Assembly (NCBI GenBank): GCA_965250285.1 | Contig: OZ252299.1 | Location: 5,760,001 to 5,824,000 of the forward strand | DNA: 64,000 nucleotides | Direction: 5' to 3' | Origin: Myxococcota bacterium | GTDB lineage: Bacteria > Myxococcota_A > UBA9160 > UBA4427 | In this document: in pieces, positions 19,733-29,234 of the stretch | How positions within the stretch are numbered: position 1 is the first letter of the stretch | How the letters are laid out: each line of letters opens with the position of its first letter | Notes under the pieces: model-generated | Databases searched by the model: none | What the model was told of the DNA's origin: nothing | What the model saw: the letters and a program-made list of their open reading frames with translations, nothing else | Position numbers and translations under genes: made by a program

Positions 19733-20548
19733 CTAGACGCGACCCAGGCGCAGCCGCAGCGCGTCGCGCCAAGGCCCGATCCACGACCAGGCGAAGGCCA
19801 GCAGCGGCGTCGCGAGACACAGCACGAGGAACACGCCCGCGATCAGCTCGACGCTCGACCCCAGGTGATCGCGGCCGAGCCGAGAGAAGTCCATCCAGTG
19901 GCCGCCGCCCTTGGCATCGGCGTACTGCTGACGCGCGAGGGCGCTCGTCGTGAGCCGCCACGCGAAGCCCGTGCTGTAGAACACGATGTAGAAGCCGATC
20001 CACGCGTAGAGGGGACGCTCGGCCGGATGCGTGCAGGCGCTGCCCGTGAACGCGCGCTGCAGAAAGATGAAGGCGAAGATCAGCTCGCCGCCGTGTCCCA
20101 TGGCGATGATGATCGCTTCGTGCGCGCCACTGAAGGCGAGCGCGGCGTAGAGCGCGGTGCTGCCGGCGACGAGGCCGAGGCTCAGCGCGTTCGAACGGAA
20201 GGCCCAGCCCACGGCGCCGAGCAGGCCCAGCACGGCGAAGACGATGATGCGAGACTGCGTGCCCGCGTGCGTCGTCACGCCGCCGCCGTATCGGAAGTCG
20301 AATGCGGGGATCGACGGGTAGCCGAAGAGCCAGCCGGCCGCGGCATGCCCCATCTCGTGCACCAGCACGACGAAGTACCCGATGATCATCTCGAAGAACG
20401 GAAGGACGAGCGTGGCGAGCGCGAGGCCGAGGCCGGCGCCCAGCGACCACCAGCCCGCCGCGTCGAGGCCGTGGGCGTCGTCTTCCATCTCGAGGGGCAT
20501 CTGCAGCGTTTGCTTCGGCTCATCGAACGGGGTCGGCGACGTGGTCAT
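19733..20548 (-). CDS. Membrane protein with HExGH motif (M50-like metallopeptidase)
   Basis: VLVHEMGHA within a hydrophobic segment; multiple TM helices. Confidence 0.65.
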   Translation of the reverse strand: MTTSPTPFDEPKQTLQMPLEMEDDAHGLDAAGWWSLGAGLGLALATLVLPFFEMIIGYFVVLVHEMGHAAAGWLFGYPSIPAFDFRYGGGVTTHAGTQSRIIVFAVLGLLGAVGWAFRSNALSLGLVAGSTALYAALAFSGAHEAIIIAMGHGGELIFAFIFLQRAFTGSACTHPAERPLYAWIGFYIVFYSTGFAWRLTTSALARQQYADAKGGGHWMDFSRLGRDHLGSSVELIAGVFLVLCLATPLLAFAWSWIGPWRDALRLRLGRV

Positions 20549-20852
20549 GATCGTGCTCCAGGGTCCTTCTGTGTCTCGTCGGAAGCACTGTCGCTGGCTT
20601 GAGTCGTGATCTGCGAAACCGCGTCTGGGGCCTGCCTGGCGGCTCCGGGGCCTGTTCTCAGTGTTCTCTCTTTTGCAGAATCCGATCCATTCCGTTCGTG
20701 TCTCGCGCGAACGGCCGCGAGCCGACCTGGGTCTCGGGGCTGCGTGATATATTCGCGATCCGCCGCGGTCGCGCGCCGTGTCCGACTCTTGCTCCCGTGC
20801 TCGTGGAGCGGATGGGTGGCTGGAGCCTCGATTGCAGAGGCGGGAGCCTCGA

Positions 20853-21884
20853 GTGCAAAAGAGACACCCCCTCACCGGTGCGATCTATGAGGCGCTCGAC
20901 GAAGGGCGCGTGCGCGTCACCGACGGTGAGCAGAGCGGCGTGTACGATCAGCAGGGTCGCTGCGTCGAGGGCGACGTCTTCGACATCGACCCGCACCTGA
21001 TCACCTACGTGGGCGGACCGTCACTCAGGTCGCGGCCGAGCACGCGCCCTCGGGTGCGCAGCCGCGGCCCCAAGCATCAACCCCCGACGCTCGGCCAGGG
21101 CGCGGGCGGATCGAGGAGCAAAGACATGGATCTCGGACTTTCCGGACGCAAGGCGATCGTGACCGCCGCCAGCAAGGGCATCGGGCTCGCGATCGCCCAG
21201 ACGCTCGCCGACGAGGGTGTCGACGTCGCCATTTGTGCGCGCAGCGAGAGCGGTCTCGAGGCAGCGGCGAAGGATCTCGAGAGCCGAGGTGTGAAGGTCT
21301 TCACCCAGGCGGTCGACGTGGGGGACGGTGAGGCGCTGCGAGGCTTCGTGGATGCGGCGGCAGAGGCCCTCGGCGGACTCGACGTACTCGTCTGCAACGC
21401 GAGCGCCGGCTCGGGCAACGGCGACGAGTCGTGGCAGGCCAATCTCGACGTCGACGTCCTCGGCAGCGTGCGTGCGACCGAGGCAGCGGTGCCGCATCTC
21501 GCCGGCTCGGAAGGCGGGAGCGTCGTCTTCATTTCGAGCACGGCGGCCCTCGAGTTTCTCGGCGTGCCGCAGAGCTACAACGCGATGAAGGCCGCGTTGC
21601 TCGCTCACGCGAACGATCTCTCGCAGTCGCTCGCGCCCCAGGGCATTCGAGTGAATTCGGTTTCGCCGGGGCCCATCTTCTTCGAAGGCGGCAACTGGGA
21701 GATGATCAAGAACGTCGTGCCCCCGGTGTACGAGAACGCGCTCAAGCAGTGCGCAATCGGTCGCATGGGCGAACCCGAAGAGGTTGCGCGAGCTGTCGTC
21801 TTCCTCGCGAGCCCGGCGGCGAGCCTGATCACGGGCTCGAACCTCGTGGCCGACGGTGGCTTCACCAAGCGGGTCGCCTACTGA
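20853..21884 (+). CDS. SDR oxidoreductase with an in-frame N-terminal domain of unknown function
   Basis: GTG 20853 after GGGAG. The SDR part starts at ATG 21127 with its own GAGGAG: TAASKGIG, YNAMK, RVNSVSPG. Confidence 0.8.
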   Translation: MQKRHPLTGAIYEALDEGRVRVTDGEQSGVYDQQGRCVEGDVFDIDPHLITYVGGPSLRSRPSTRPRVRSRGPKHQPPTLGQGAGGSRSKDMDLGLSGRKAIVTAASKGIGLAIAQTLADEGVDVAICARSESGLEAAAKDLESRGVKVFTQAVDVGDGEALRGFVDAAAEALGGLDVLVCNASAGSGNGDESWQANLDVDVLGSVRATEAAVPHLAGSEGGSVVFISSTAALEFLGVPQSYNAMKAALLAHANDLSQSLAPQGIRVNSVSPGPIFFEGGNWEMIKNVVPPVYENALKQCAIGRMGEPEEVARAVVFLASPAASLITGSNLVADGGFTKRVAY

Positions 21885-21909
21885 TCCGATCGAGCGAAAG
21901 GGTTCAGCC

Positions 21910-23262
21910 ATGGCGACGGCCAGCGATACGTCGGGGGGTGACGCGCGTTCGGGTGGCATCACCTATCAGGAGCTACTCGACCTCGAACGCGAGCGCGTGC
22001 CCGACGTGCTCCGCACCGAAGCGCCCTCGAACGTCGGTCCCCAGACCGTGCCGCGCTCGCACTACACGAGTCAGGCGTTTCACGACCTCGAGATGGAGAA
22101 GCTCTGGTCGCGCGTCTGGCAGATGGCGTGCCGCGAAGAGCAGATCCCCGAGGTCGGTGACCACACGATCTACGAGATCGGCGACCACTCGATCCTGATC
22201 GTGCGCTCGGCGCCCGATCGCATCCAGGCGTTCCAGAACGTCTGCCTGCATCGCGGCCGCCTGCTGCGCGAGCATCCGGGTCGGGCGCAGAAGTTTCGCT
22301 GCCCGTTTCACGGCTGGACCTGGGCGCTGGATGGAAAGCTGAGCGAGATCCCCTGCCGCTGGGATTTCCCGCATGTCGACCGAGACGACTTTCACCTGCC
22401 CGAATTGAAGGTGGGCCGGTGGGCCGGCTTCGTCTTCATCAACATGGACGCCGACTGCGAGCCCTTCGAGGACTGGATCGGCGTACTGCCCGAGCACTTT
22501 CGCCGCTGGCCGCTCGAGGATCGCTATCTCGAAGCGCACATCGCGAAGAAGCTGCCGTGCAACTGGAAGATCGCGCAGGAGGCCTTCATGGAGGCCTACC
22601 ACGTCGTCGCGACCCACCCGCATCTGATCGAGAGCCTCGGTGACTCGAACTCGCAGTACGACGTCTGGGGCAACGTATCGCGCGCAATGACGGCGAGCGG
22701 CATCGCGAGCCCGCACCTGCGCGACGTGAGCGAGCAGGAGATCCTCGATTCGATGGTCGGCCGCGGGCTCGATTCGCCGCCGTTCATGCAGGTGCCGGCC
22801 GGGATGACGGCGCGGCGTCTCATCGCCCAGACGATCCGCATGAATCTGGCGGGTTCGGTGCCGGGCTCGTTCGAGCTGACCGACGCCGAGCTCGTCGACT
22901 CGATCTACTACACGTTGTTTCCAAACTTCCATCCTTGGGGCGGCTACAGCAAGGTCAACTACCGCTTCCGGCCGCTCGGCAACGACCCCAATCGCTGCGT
23001 GATGGAGGTGTTCTTCCTCGCACCCTTCCGCGGCAAGCGCCCGCCGGCCGCCGACGTGCAGTGGATCGAAGAAGACGGCGACTGGACCGAGTGCATCGAG
23101 ATTGGTCCGCTCGCGAAGGTGTTCAACCAGGACACCTACAACATGCGAAACATCCAGCGTGGTCTGCGCGCCGCGCCCGATGGCCACGCCGTGTTCGCGC
23201 TCTACCAGGAGTCGAAGATCCGGCACTTCTGGCACCTCATGGAGCGCTGGATGGCCGCGTAG
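21910..23262 (+). CDS. Rieske non-heme iron oxygenase alpha subunit
   Basis: Rieske CLHRG..CPFHGW; mononuclear iron site NWK..EAYHVVATH..D. Confidence 0.93.
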   Translation: MATASDTSGGDARSGGITYQELLDLERERVPDVLRTEAPSNVGPQTVPRSHYTSQAFHDLEMEKLWSRVWQMACREEQIPEVGDHTIYEIGDHSILIVRSAPDRIQAFQNVCLHRGRLLREHPGRAQKFRCPFHGWTWALDGKLSEIPCRWDFPHVDRDDFHLPELKVGRWAGFVFINMDADCEPFEDWIGVLPEHFRRWPLEDRYLEAHIAKKLPCNWKIAQEAFMEAYHVVATHPHLIESLGDSNSQYDVWGNVSRAMTASGIASPHLRDVSEQEILDSMVGRGLDSPPFMQVPAGMTARRLIAQTIRMNLAGSVPGSFELTDAELVDSIYYTLFPNFHPWGGYSKVNYRFRPLGNDPNRCVMEVFFLAPFRGKRPPAADVQWIEEDGDWTECIEIGPLAKVFNQDTYNMRNIQRGLRAAPDGHAVFALYQESKIRHFWHLMERWMAA

Positions 23263-23361
23263 CCGCGCTCGCTTCCCGGCGAAGCGAGCGGGCTCCCCGT
23301 CGCGAGTTCGAACGTCTATCCTCGTGCGCCCGCGCGTCGTGCGCGGCGTCGAGGAGGCCCC

Positions 23362-24516
23362 ATGAGCGAGTGGATCTACACCGACGAAGCGCTGATCGAG
23401 GCGGCCCGAGAGAAGACCGGTCTCTCTGACTTCGGCGACGAATCGTTCCGAGCAGGGCTCACGATCCTCTGCGAGACGCTCGAGAAGAGCGCGGGCATGA
23501 GCGAGGCCGGGCGCGCGCAGAACTGGAAGCGATTCGAGAAGCTGCTTGAGATGCGGCTGAAGATTCAGGATGCGCTCAATCGGCACCCCGAGGTGCTCGA
23601 GCGCGAGATCCGTAAGCCGTTCTTCCTGACGGGGCTGCCGCGCACGGGCACGAGCGCACTCTTCAATCTGCTCGGCATGGATCCGGCCACCCGCCCGCTG
23701 CTGCTGTGGGAGAGCTTCTTCCCCGATCCGATCGAGGGGCATCCGAAGGGGGCGCCCGACCCGCGGCATCTCGCCATGCGCGCGGCGAACGAGCAGATGC
23801 GCGATCAGAACAAGGCGTTCTCGAAGATCCACGCGACGGGGGCCGACAAGCCCGAGGAGTGCGTGCTGCTCATGGCTGCGACCTTCGAGCACGTGCTGAT
23901 GGGCATCGAGCCGCTGATGGAGCCGTACCGGAGCTACTTCGAAGGGCTCGATCTGCACCGTGCCTACGCGTGGTATCGAGACGTGCTCAAGCTGCTCGAT
24001 TGGCAGCGTCCCGGGGATCGCTGGCTCCTCAAGTCGCCGGCGCACCTCTGGGCCCTCGACGTGATCGTCGATCAATACCCCGACGGTTGCGTGATCCTGA
24101 CCCACCGGAACCTGGCCGATGTGTTCGGGTCGTACTGCAGCATGATGAACGCGGTCTTCGCCATGAACAGCTGCACTCCGATCCCCGATCTCGGCCCGGT
24201 GGTGCTCGAGCACATCGCCACGTCGCTCGAGCGAGGCCTCGAGGCCCGCGAGCGCACCGACCCGAGCCGATTCATCGACGTGCGCTTCGACGACTTCGTC
24301 GCCGACAACATGGGGACGGTCGAGCAGATCTATGCGCATTTCGAGCTGCCCCTCGAAGGCGAGGCCCGCGAGACGATGGAGCGCTACGTCGCGGCCAACC
24401 CGATGGGGAAGCACGGCACGCACGAGTACGACCTCGAGCAGTACGGGCTGACGCTCGACATGATCCGCGCGCGGCTCGGCGATTACGCCGATCGATACGC
24501 GCTCGAGATCGGCTGA
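23362..24516 (+). CDS. Sulfotransferase family protein
   Basis: TGLPRTGTSAL PAPS-binding loop, WLLKSPAHL, ILTHR; GAGGAGG RBS. Confidence 0.9.
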   Translation: MSEWIYTDEALIEAAREKTGLSDFGDESFRAGLTILCETLEKSAGMSEAGRAQNWKRFEKLLEMRLKIQDALNRHPEVLEREIRKPFFLTGLPRTGTSALFNLLGMDPATRPLLLWESFFPDPIEGHPKGAPDPRHLAMRAANEQMRDQNKAFSKIHATGADKPEECVLLMAATFEHVLMGIEPLMEPYRSYFEGLDLHRAYAWYRDVLKLLDWQRPGDRWLLKSPAHLWALDVIVDQYPDGCVILTHRNLADVFGSYCSMMNAVFAMNSCTPIPDLGPVVLEHIATSLERGLEARERTDPSRFIDVRFDDFVADNMGTVEQIYAHFELPLEGEARETMERYVAANPMGKHGTHEYDLEQYGLTLDMIRARLGDYADRYALEIG

Positions 24517-24528
24517 GCCCGCGCGCCC

Positions 24529-25797
24529 TCAGTCGTGGGTGTGGCCGATCGGCACGCCGAGGGCGATGCGGGCGAGGGTGCGGATCGCTTCGTCTTCATG
24601 CGCGCCGGCGAGTTCGATCAGCGCGGCTCGGGCGGGCTCGCCCATGACCGAGAGCGCGCCGACCGCCGAGCGGGCCGCCTCGGGTGAACCGGATCGGGCG
24701 ATCGCGACGAGCTCGGGCAGCGCCGGCTCGCCGAGCGTCGCCACGGCTTCGATCGCGACGCTTCGAACGCGGGGTGACTCGTCTTCGAAGGCGCGCTCCA
24801 CCTCGGGCAGGGCGGCGACGCCTCCGATTTCGATCCATCGCGCGAGCGCGACGGCGCGGACTTCGGGCGCCGGGTCGGACGCGACGAGCCCAGGGAGCAG
24901 GGCATGGCCGACGTCGCCGCGCGCGTGGCGGGCCGCGATGATGCGCGCTCGCTCGTCCTGCGACCGCACCAGCTCGGCGGCGAGATTGGCGTCGAGCTCG
25001 TCTTCGATGGCTGCGAGGGCCGCCCGCTGCGAGACGTGGGCGGCCGCGCCTGCATCGGCGATCGCGGAACGCAGCGGCACGGCGACCTCGCTCGGCCGCG
25101 ACCGGGCGAGCCAGGTGACCAGATCCTGCGTGACGGCGGGGGCGTCGCTTCGGCCGGCGACGGCCGCGAGCGCATCACACGCCTCGATCGGCAGCGGGCG
25201 GCTCGCGGCGGCGTAGGCGCGGCCGAGCCGTGCGATCGCGGCGCGCGCCAGGCCCGGCTCGGCGATGAGGGCCAGCTGGGCGAGGCGGGTGGTGCCCGCG
25301 TCCCCCGCCTTCGCGCCCGGCGCGAGCGCGAGATAGTGTGCGAGCAGATCGACCTCGGCGCGCGACGGACGCGCGAGCGAGGCAGCGCCGCCCCCTCCGA
25401 TCGCGACTACCCCCGCGCGGCGCGCGCCGTCAGGGATGCGCGTCTTCCAGATCGAAGCCGTGGGCAGCGGCGCGAGTGCGACGAGGGCGCGGTGACCCGG
25501 CGCGAAGCGCGCCGGCACGGTCAACCCGGGCTCCTCCCAGGCGAGCTCGATCGTGGTCTGCTCCGGCTCGCCGCCAGCGACCTGCTCTTCGACCCGAAAT
25601 CGACCGAGATGCGCGGAGTGGGCGAGCGGCTCGACCGATTCGAAGGTGCCGACGACGACCGACGGCGCGATCTCGAGCTGATCGATGAGGTCGAGGGGGA
25701 CTGGAGGCGCGGCGTTGGCCCACTCTGCGAGGAGGAGGCTCAGCGCGACCAGGCTCGTTCGAAGCCGAGCTGCGCGGACGTCGAGCGACGGGCTCAC
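24529..25797 (-). CDS. Secreted HEAT-repeat protein
   Basis: Signal peptide; C-terminal repeats DPAPEVRAVAL, DESPRVRSVAIEAV, ARSAVGAL; 5 bp from the upstream gene. Confidence 0.65.
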   Translation of the reverse strand: MSPSLDVRAARLRTSLVALSLLLAEWANAAPPVPLDLIDQLEIAPSVVVGTFESVEPLAHSAHLGRFRVEEQVAGGEPEQTTIELAWEEPGLTVPARFAPGHRALVALAPLPTASIWKTRIPDGARRAGVVAIGGGGAASLARPSRAEVDLLAHYLALAPGAKAGDAGTTRLAQLALIAEPGLARAAIARLGRAYAAASRPLPIEACDALAAVAGRSDAPAVTQDLVTWLARSRPSEVAVPLRSAIADAGAAAHVSQRAALAAIEDELDANLAAELVRSQDERARIIAARHARGDVGHALLPGLVASDPAPEVRAVALARWIEIGGVAALPEVERAFEDESPRVRSVAIEAVATLGEPALPELVAIARSGSPEAARSAVGALSVMGEPARAALIELAGAHEDEAIRTLARIALGVPIGHTHD

Positions 25798-25802
25798 GCA
25801 GC

Positions 25803-28800
25803 TCAGAGCCCGTCGACCTCGAAGTACAGGGCATTCGTCGCGCCGAGCGCCATGACGCCGCTCTCGCCGACGTTGCCGTCCATCAGGTCGGCGAGGGTCG
25901 TGTTGCTGCCGCTGTCGAGGTTGGCAGGATAGACCGGGAACAGTGGCGGGCAGACGCCGTCGCTCGCCTTCACCACGGCGACGAACCAGGTGTCTTCGGT
26001 CAGGGCCGGGAAGGGCACCGTGACTGTGGCTTCGAGCCGCTGCGCGCCGGCGACCGCGGGCGCGACGTCGACGATCGTCACGTCGAAGTCGCCATCGCCG
26101 GTGGTCGTGGGGTCGCAGTCGCCTTCGCTCAGGATCTGGGTCGGGATCGCGCCGTACGCGTAGGGTGCCTCGGGGTCGACGACGCTCGTCGCTGCATTCG
26201 CGTAGATCTCGATGGTGTCGAAGGCCGACCAGACGGGCGCCTGGACGCGCACCGCGAGATCGACGGCACTGCCCGAGTTCGAAAGGGTCGTCGTGCCGTC
26301 GTGGGTGAGGCTGGCCTCGGTGGTGCTGCCATCCTGAGCGATCAGCCGTGTGGTCACGAAGACGCCCTGGCCGCCGGTGGCCTTGCCGGCATCGACCATG
26401 CGCGCGACCTCTCCATCATCGACGCTACCGGCGGCGTCACTGCCGGGCGCGGCCGCGGTCCAGGTGCGTGCGCCGGCTTGTCGCAGGGTTTCGTGACGGT
26501 GCGTGTCGGTGTCGGCGATGAACGTCGTGCGCAGGCCCTGGTTCAGCAGGTTGAACCAGATGCCGATCCGGTCGTCGAGAAACGCGCTCTGGGCGCCTCG
26601 GGTGTGTCCGTTCCAGAGCTCGAGGGCCGGGAAGGGGTAGAAGAGATTCTCGCTCGGCGGGGCGCCGAGGCGGCGCTCGGAGCGGCCCGTGGCATCGAGA
26701 TCGTCGCGCGGCGGCTCGAGCGTCGTGTCGATCCGCAGCGGGCCGAAATGACTGCCGATGTGGTTGATCTGGACGGTGGTGTCGGGCGTCGCCGTCGAGT
26801 TGTTGCGAGCGAGGTTGAAGATCTCGGCGGGGGTTGCGTTGAACGCGCCGGACGTGGGGAAGTCCTGACCGGGTTCGGCCGCGACGGCCCAGTCGGTCGA
26901 GCCGCCAGACGGCACCGAAGCGTCGACCGTGAACGGGTACGCGTTGAAGTGCCCGTAGTCGAAGGTGGTGATCTCTTCTCCGACGGTCGAGCTGACCCAG
27001 TCACCCAGCCCCTCGGCCTTGATCGTCGGGTCGAGGTCGGTGTGGACGTGGTGGTCGGTCATGATGATGTTGTCGACCCCCTCACCGGCGTAGCCCTCGA
27101 CGCGCTTCACGTGGCTCACGCGCGAGTCGGCCGAGTTGATGCCGTGGATGTGGAAGTCGCTGCTCACGAAGCCCGCGGTATCGAGTACGAGCGCCAGCTG
27201 TGCGTCGACCGTGGCTTCGGCACCCGCGACGATCGTGATCGACTCTTCGTAGATCGAATACTCGGTCCCGCGGCTCACCACGACCCAGTAGCTGCCGGGC
27301 TCGAGGTCGATCGACACCTCGCCGTCTGCGCCGGTATAGACGGCGTCGACGATGCCAAACGGGTGCGCGTCGTCGGGGTCGAGGAAGAGGCCGAGCTCAC
27401 TGCTGCCGAAGCCCGGCAGGCTGGGGCCGGCCAGCACGATCGGCGGGCTCGGGTCGAAACCGACGACGCTGACCCGCGTGGGCAGGGGCACGCCATCCGC
27501 GTTGCGCGACGTGACGGTGAGCGCACCGGTCTCGGGCAGGTCGAAGTCGAGCTGGGTCGATTGGCCCGTCGACAGGTTGAACCGCGTCACGTTCGGCACC
27601 ACGCCGCCGCCCTGGTAGAGGGTGCCCTCGCGCGCCGCGACCGCGCCGAGCGGTGTGGGCGATGCGGGGGTCGCGACGCTGCCGTCGTAGCAGCCCGCCT
27701 CGTCGGTCACGAACGAGGTCGACAGAGCGGTGATCGCGTCCGTGCCATCGAACGTCCCGATCGTGACGACGGCGCCCGGTGCCGGCACCCCGGCGACGGT
27801 GACGCAGCCCGAGACCCGCCCGACCGGCGTGCCCTTCACGGCGTGCACGAGATCGACGGCGTTCGAGCCCGATCCGTCTCCGACCCCGAAGAACCGCTCG
27901 ATGGTGTAGGTGCCGCCGGGCGCGACGTCGACACCGCCCATTCCGGTCAGGAGCGCCTCCAGCACGTTCGTCTCGTGCAGGATCACCGTCACGCCGCTGA
28001 TGACGACGTAGCTCCCCGGGTTCGTGGGTGTCGACGTGTACGCATAGTCGACACCCCGGGCCTCGTCGAAACCAAAGAAGCCGAGAACGCCAAGCTCGTT
28101 GAAGAGCGCGGGGCCGACGCCGGCGTTGGGCACACCCAGGGTGTCGAGCTCGCCGGCCGAGTTCATCCAGTCGCCAGACAGCAGGGTGATCTCTTCGGTG
28201 CCCGTGTTCGTGAACGTCGTCGTCATCGCGACGTGGGTGTCGTCGACGGAGAGCGCATAGTCGGTGCATCCCTCGACCGTTTGATCGTTGTCATTGAGAT
28301 TCGCGGGAAAGTCGAGGCCGGGGATGTCGTTGACCTGGCTCGAGGGGTTCACGAAGTCGAGCAGGTCGTCTGGGCCGCAGGCGCGCACGACGGCGGGCTG
28401 TCCGTCGCTGCCGTCGTTCACGATGAAGACGTCCTGCGCGTTCACGACCGTCTCGACGTTGACCATGTTCTGGACTTCGAGGAAGTTGTCGAGCCCGGGG
28501 CGGTCGATCAGCTCGGCATCGATCAGGTTGCCCCCGTATTGGCCCACGCTGTAGAGGTCGCGCTGCCCGCCCGCCTGGACGACGAAGCGCGCAACGCAGC
28601 CCTCGAGCATGAAGTCGCCGGGACGATTGTGCGCCAGCGGGCCCTCGATGAGCCGTGTACTCGAGCCGATCACGTACGCCTTCGCGTTGCGGTTCCACGT
28701 GAAGGACGTGTTGGCGATGCGCACGTCGCCGTCGCTCCGCCGCATGCCCCAGACGCGCAGCACCCGCTCGCCGACCCGTGCGAACTCTGGACCGAGGGTG

Positions 28801-29066
28801 AAGGTGAACTCACCGGGCGAGACCTCTTCGAGCTCGACGTCGATCTCGACACCGTCGAGAAAGACCAGAGGCCCCTGGAAGAGCTCGTCGACGAACTCGA
28901 ATCGCACCTCGACGCCCTCGCACGAGTCGATGACGGCCCCAAGCTCGGGCGTGAGGATCGCCGCGTCGGGCGGCGGCGCGTCGTCTTTGCAGCCGCTCGC
29001 GAACGCGGCAGCGGCGAGCAGACAGGCGAGCAGCAGGGAGACGCACTTCGGGCGTCCAGGTCGCAT
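25803..29066 (-). CDS. Large lipoprotein, CehA/McbA-like PHP-fold metallohydrolase
   Basis: Lipobox ASGC; DFHIHG, MTDHH, GEEITT..GHFN, INH, DTDTH metal ligands; beta-rich N-terminal domains. Confidence 0.8.
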   Translation of the reverse strand: MRPGRPKCVSLLLACLLAAAAFASGCKDDAPPPDAAILTPELGAVIDSCEGVEVRFEFVDELFQGPLVFLDGVEIDVELEEVSPGEFTFTLGPEFARVGERVLRVWGMRRSDGDVRIANTSFTWNRNAKAYVIGSSTRLIEGPLAHNRPGDFMLEGCVARFVVQAGGQRDLYSVGQYGGNLIDAELIDRPGLDNFLEVQNMVNVETVVNAQDVFIVNDGSDGQPAVVRACGPDDLLDFVNPSSQVNDIPGLDFPANLNDNDQTVEGCTDYALSVDDTHVAMTTTFTNTGTEEITLLSGDWMNSAGELDTLGVPNAGVGPALFNELGVLGFFGFDEARGVDYAYTSTPTNPGSYVVISGVTVILHETNVLEALLTGMGGVDVAPGGTYTIERFFGVGDGSGSNAVDLVHAVKGTPVGRVSGCVTVAGVPAPGAVVTIGTFDGTDAITALSTSFVTDEAGCYDGSVATPASPTPLGAVAAREGTLYQGGGVVPNVTRFNLSTGQSTQLDFDLPETGALTVTSRNADGVPLPTRVSVVGFDPSPPIVLAGPSLPGFGSSELGLFLDPDDAHPFGIVDAVYTGADGEVSIDLEPGSYWVVVSRGTEYSIYEESITIVAGAEATVDAQLALVLDTAGFVSSDFHIHGINSADSRVSHVKRVEGYAGEGVDNIIMTDHHVHTDLDPTIKAEGLGDWVSSTVGEEITTFDYGHFNAYPFTVDASVPSGGSTDWAVAAEPGQDFPTSGAFNATPAEIFNLARNNSTATPDTTVQINHIGSHFGPLRIDTTLEPPRDDLDATGRSERRLGAPPSENLFYPFPALELWNGHTRGAQSAFLDDRIGIWFNLLNQGLRTTFIADTDTHRHETLRQAGARTWTAAAPGSDAAGSVDDGEVARMVDAGKATGGQGVFVTTRLIAQDGSTTEASLTHDGTTTLSNSGSAVDLAVRVQAPVWSAFDTIEIYANAATSVVDPEAPYAYGAIPTQILSEGDCDPTTTGDGDFDVTIVDVAPAVAGAQRLEATVTVPFPALTEDTWFVAVVKASDGVCPPLFPVYPANLDSGSNTTLADLMDGNVGESGVMALGATNALYFEVDGL

Positions 29067-29234
29067 GGCGATCCCCCGGGCAGCGACGCAGATCGGCTGC
29101 CCCGTCGTGCGGTGTGAGTGCGACGCGCGGCCTGGCGGCCGTCCCAGCGCGTCGCACGACCTCAGTCTACGTGGTCTGGTCGAGCGCGATCAAGGCGCCG
29201 TGGCATCGGTCCGCGCGAGAAGCGCCGCTGGGCT

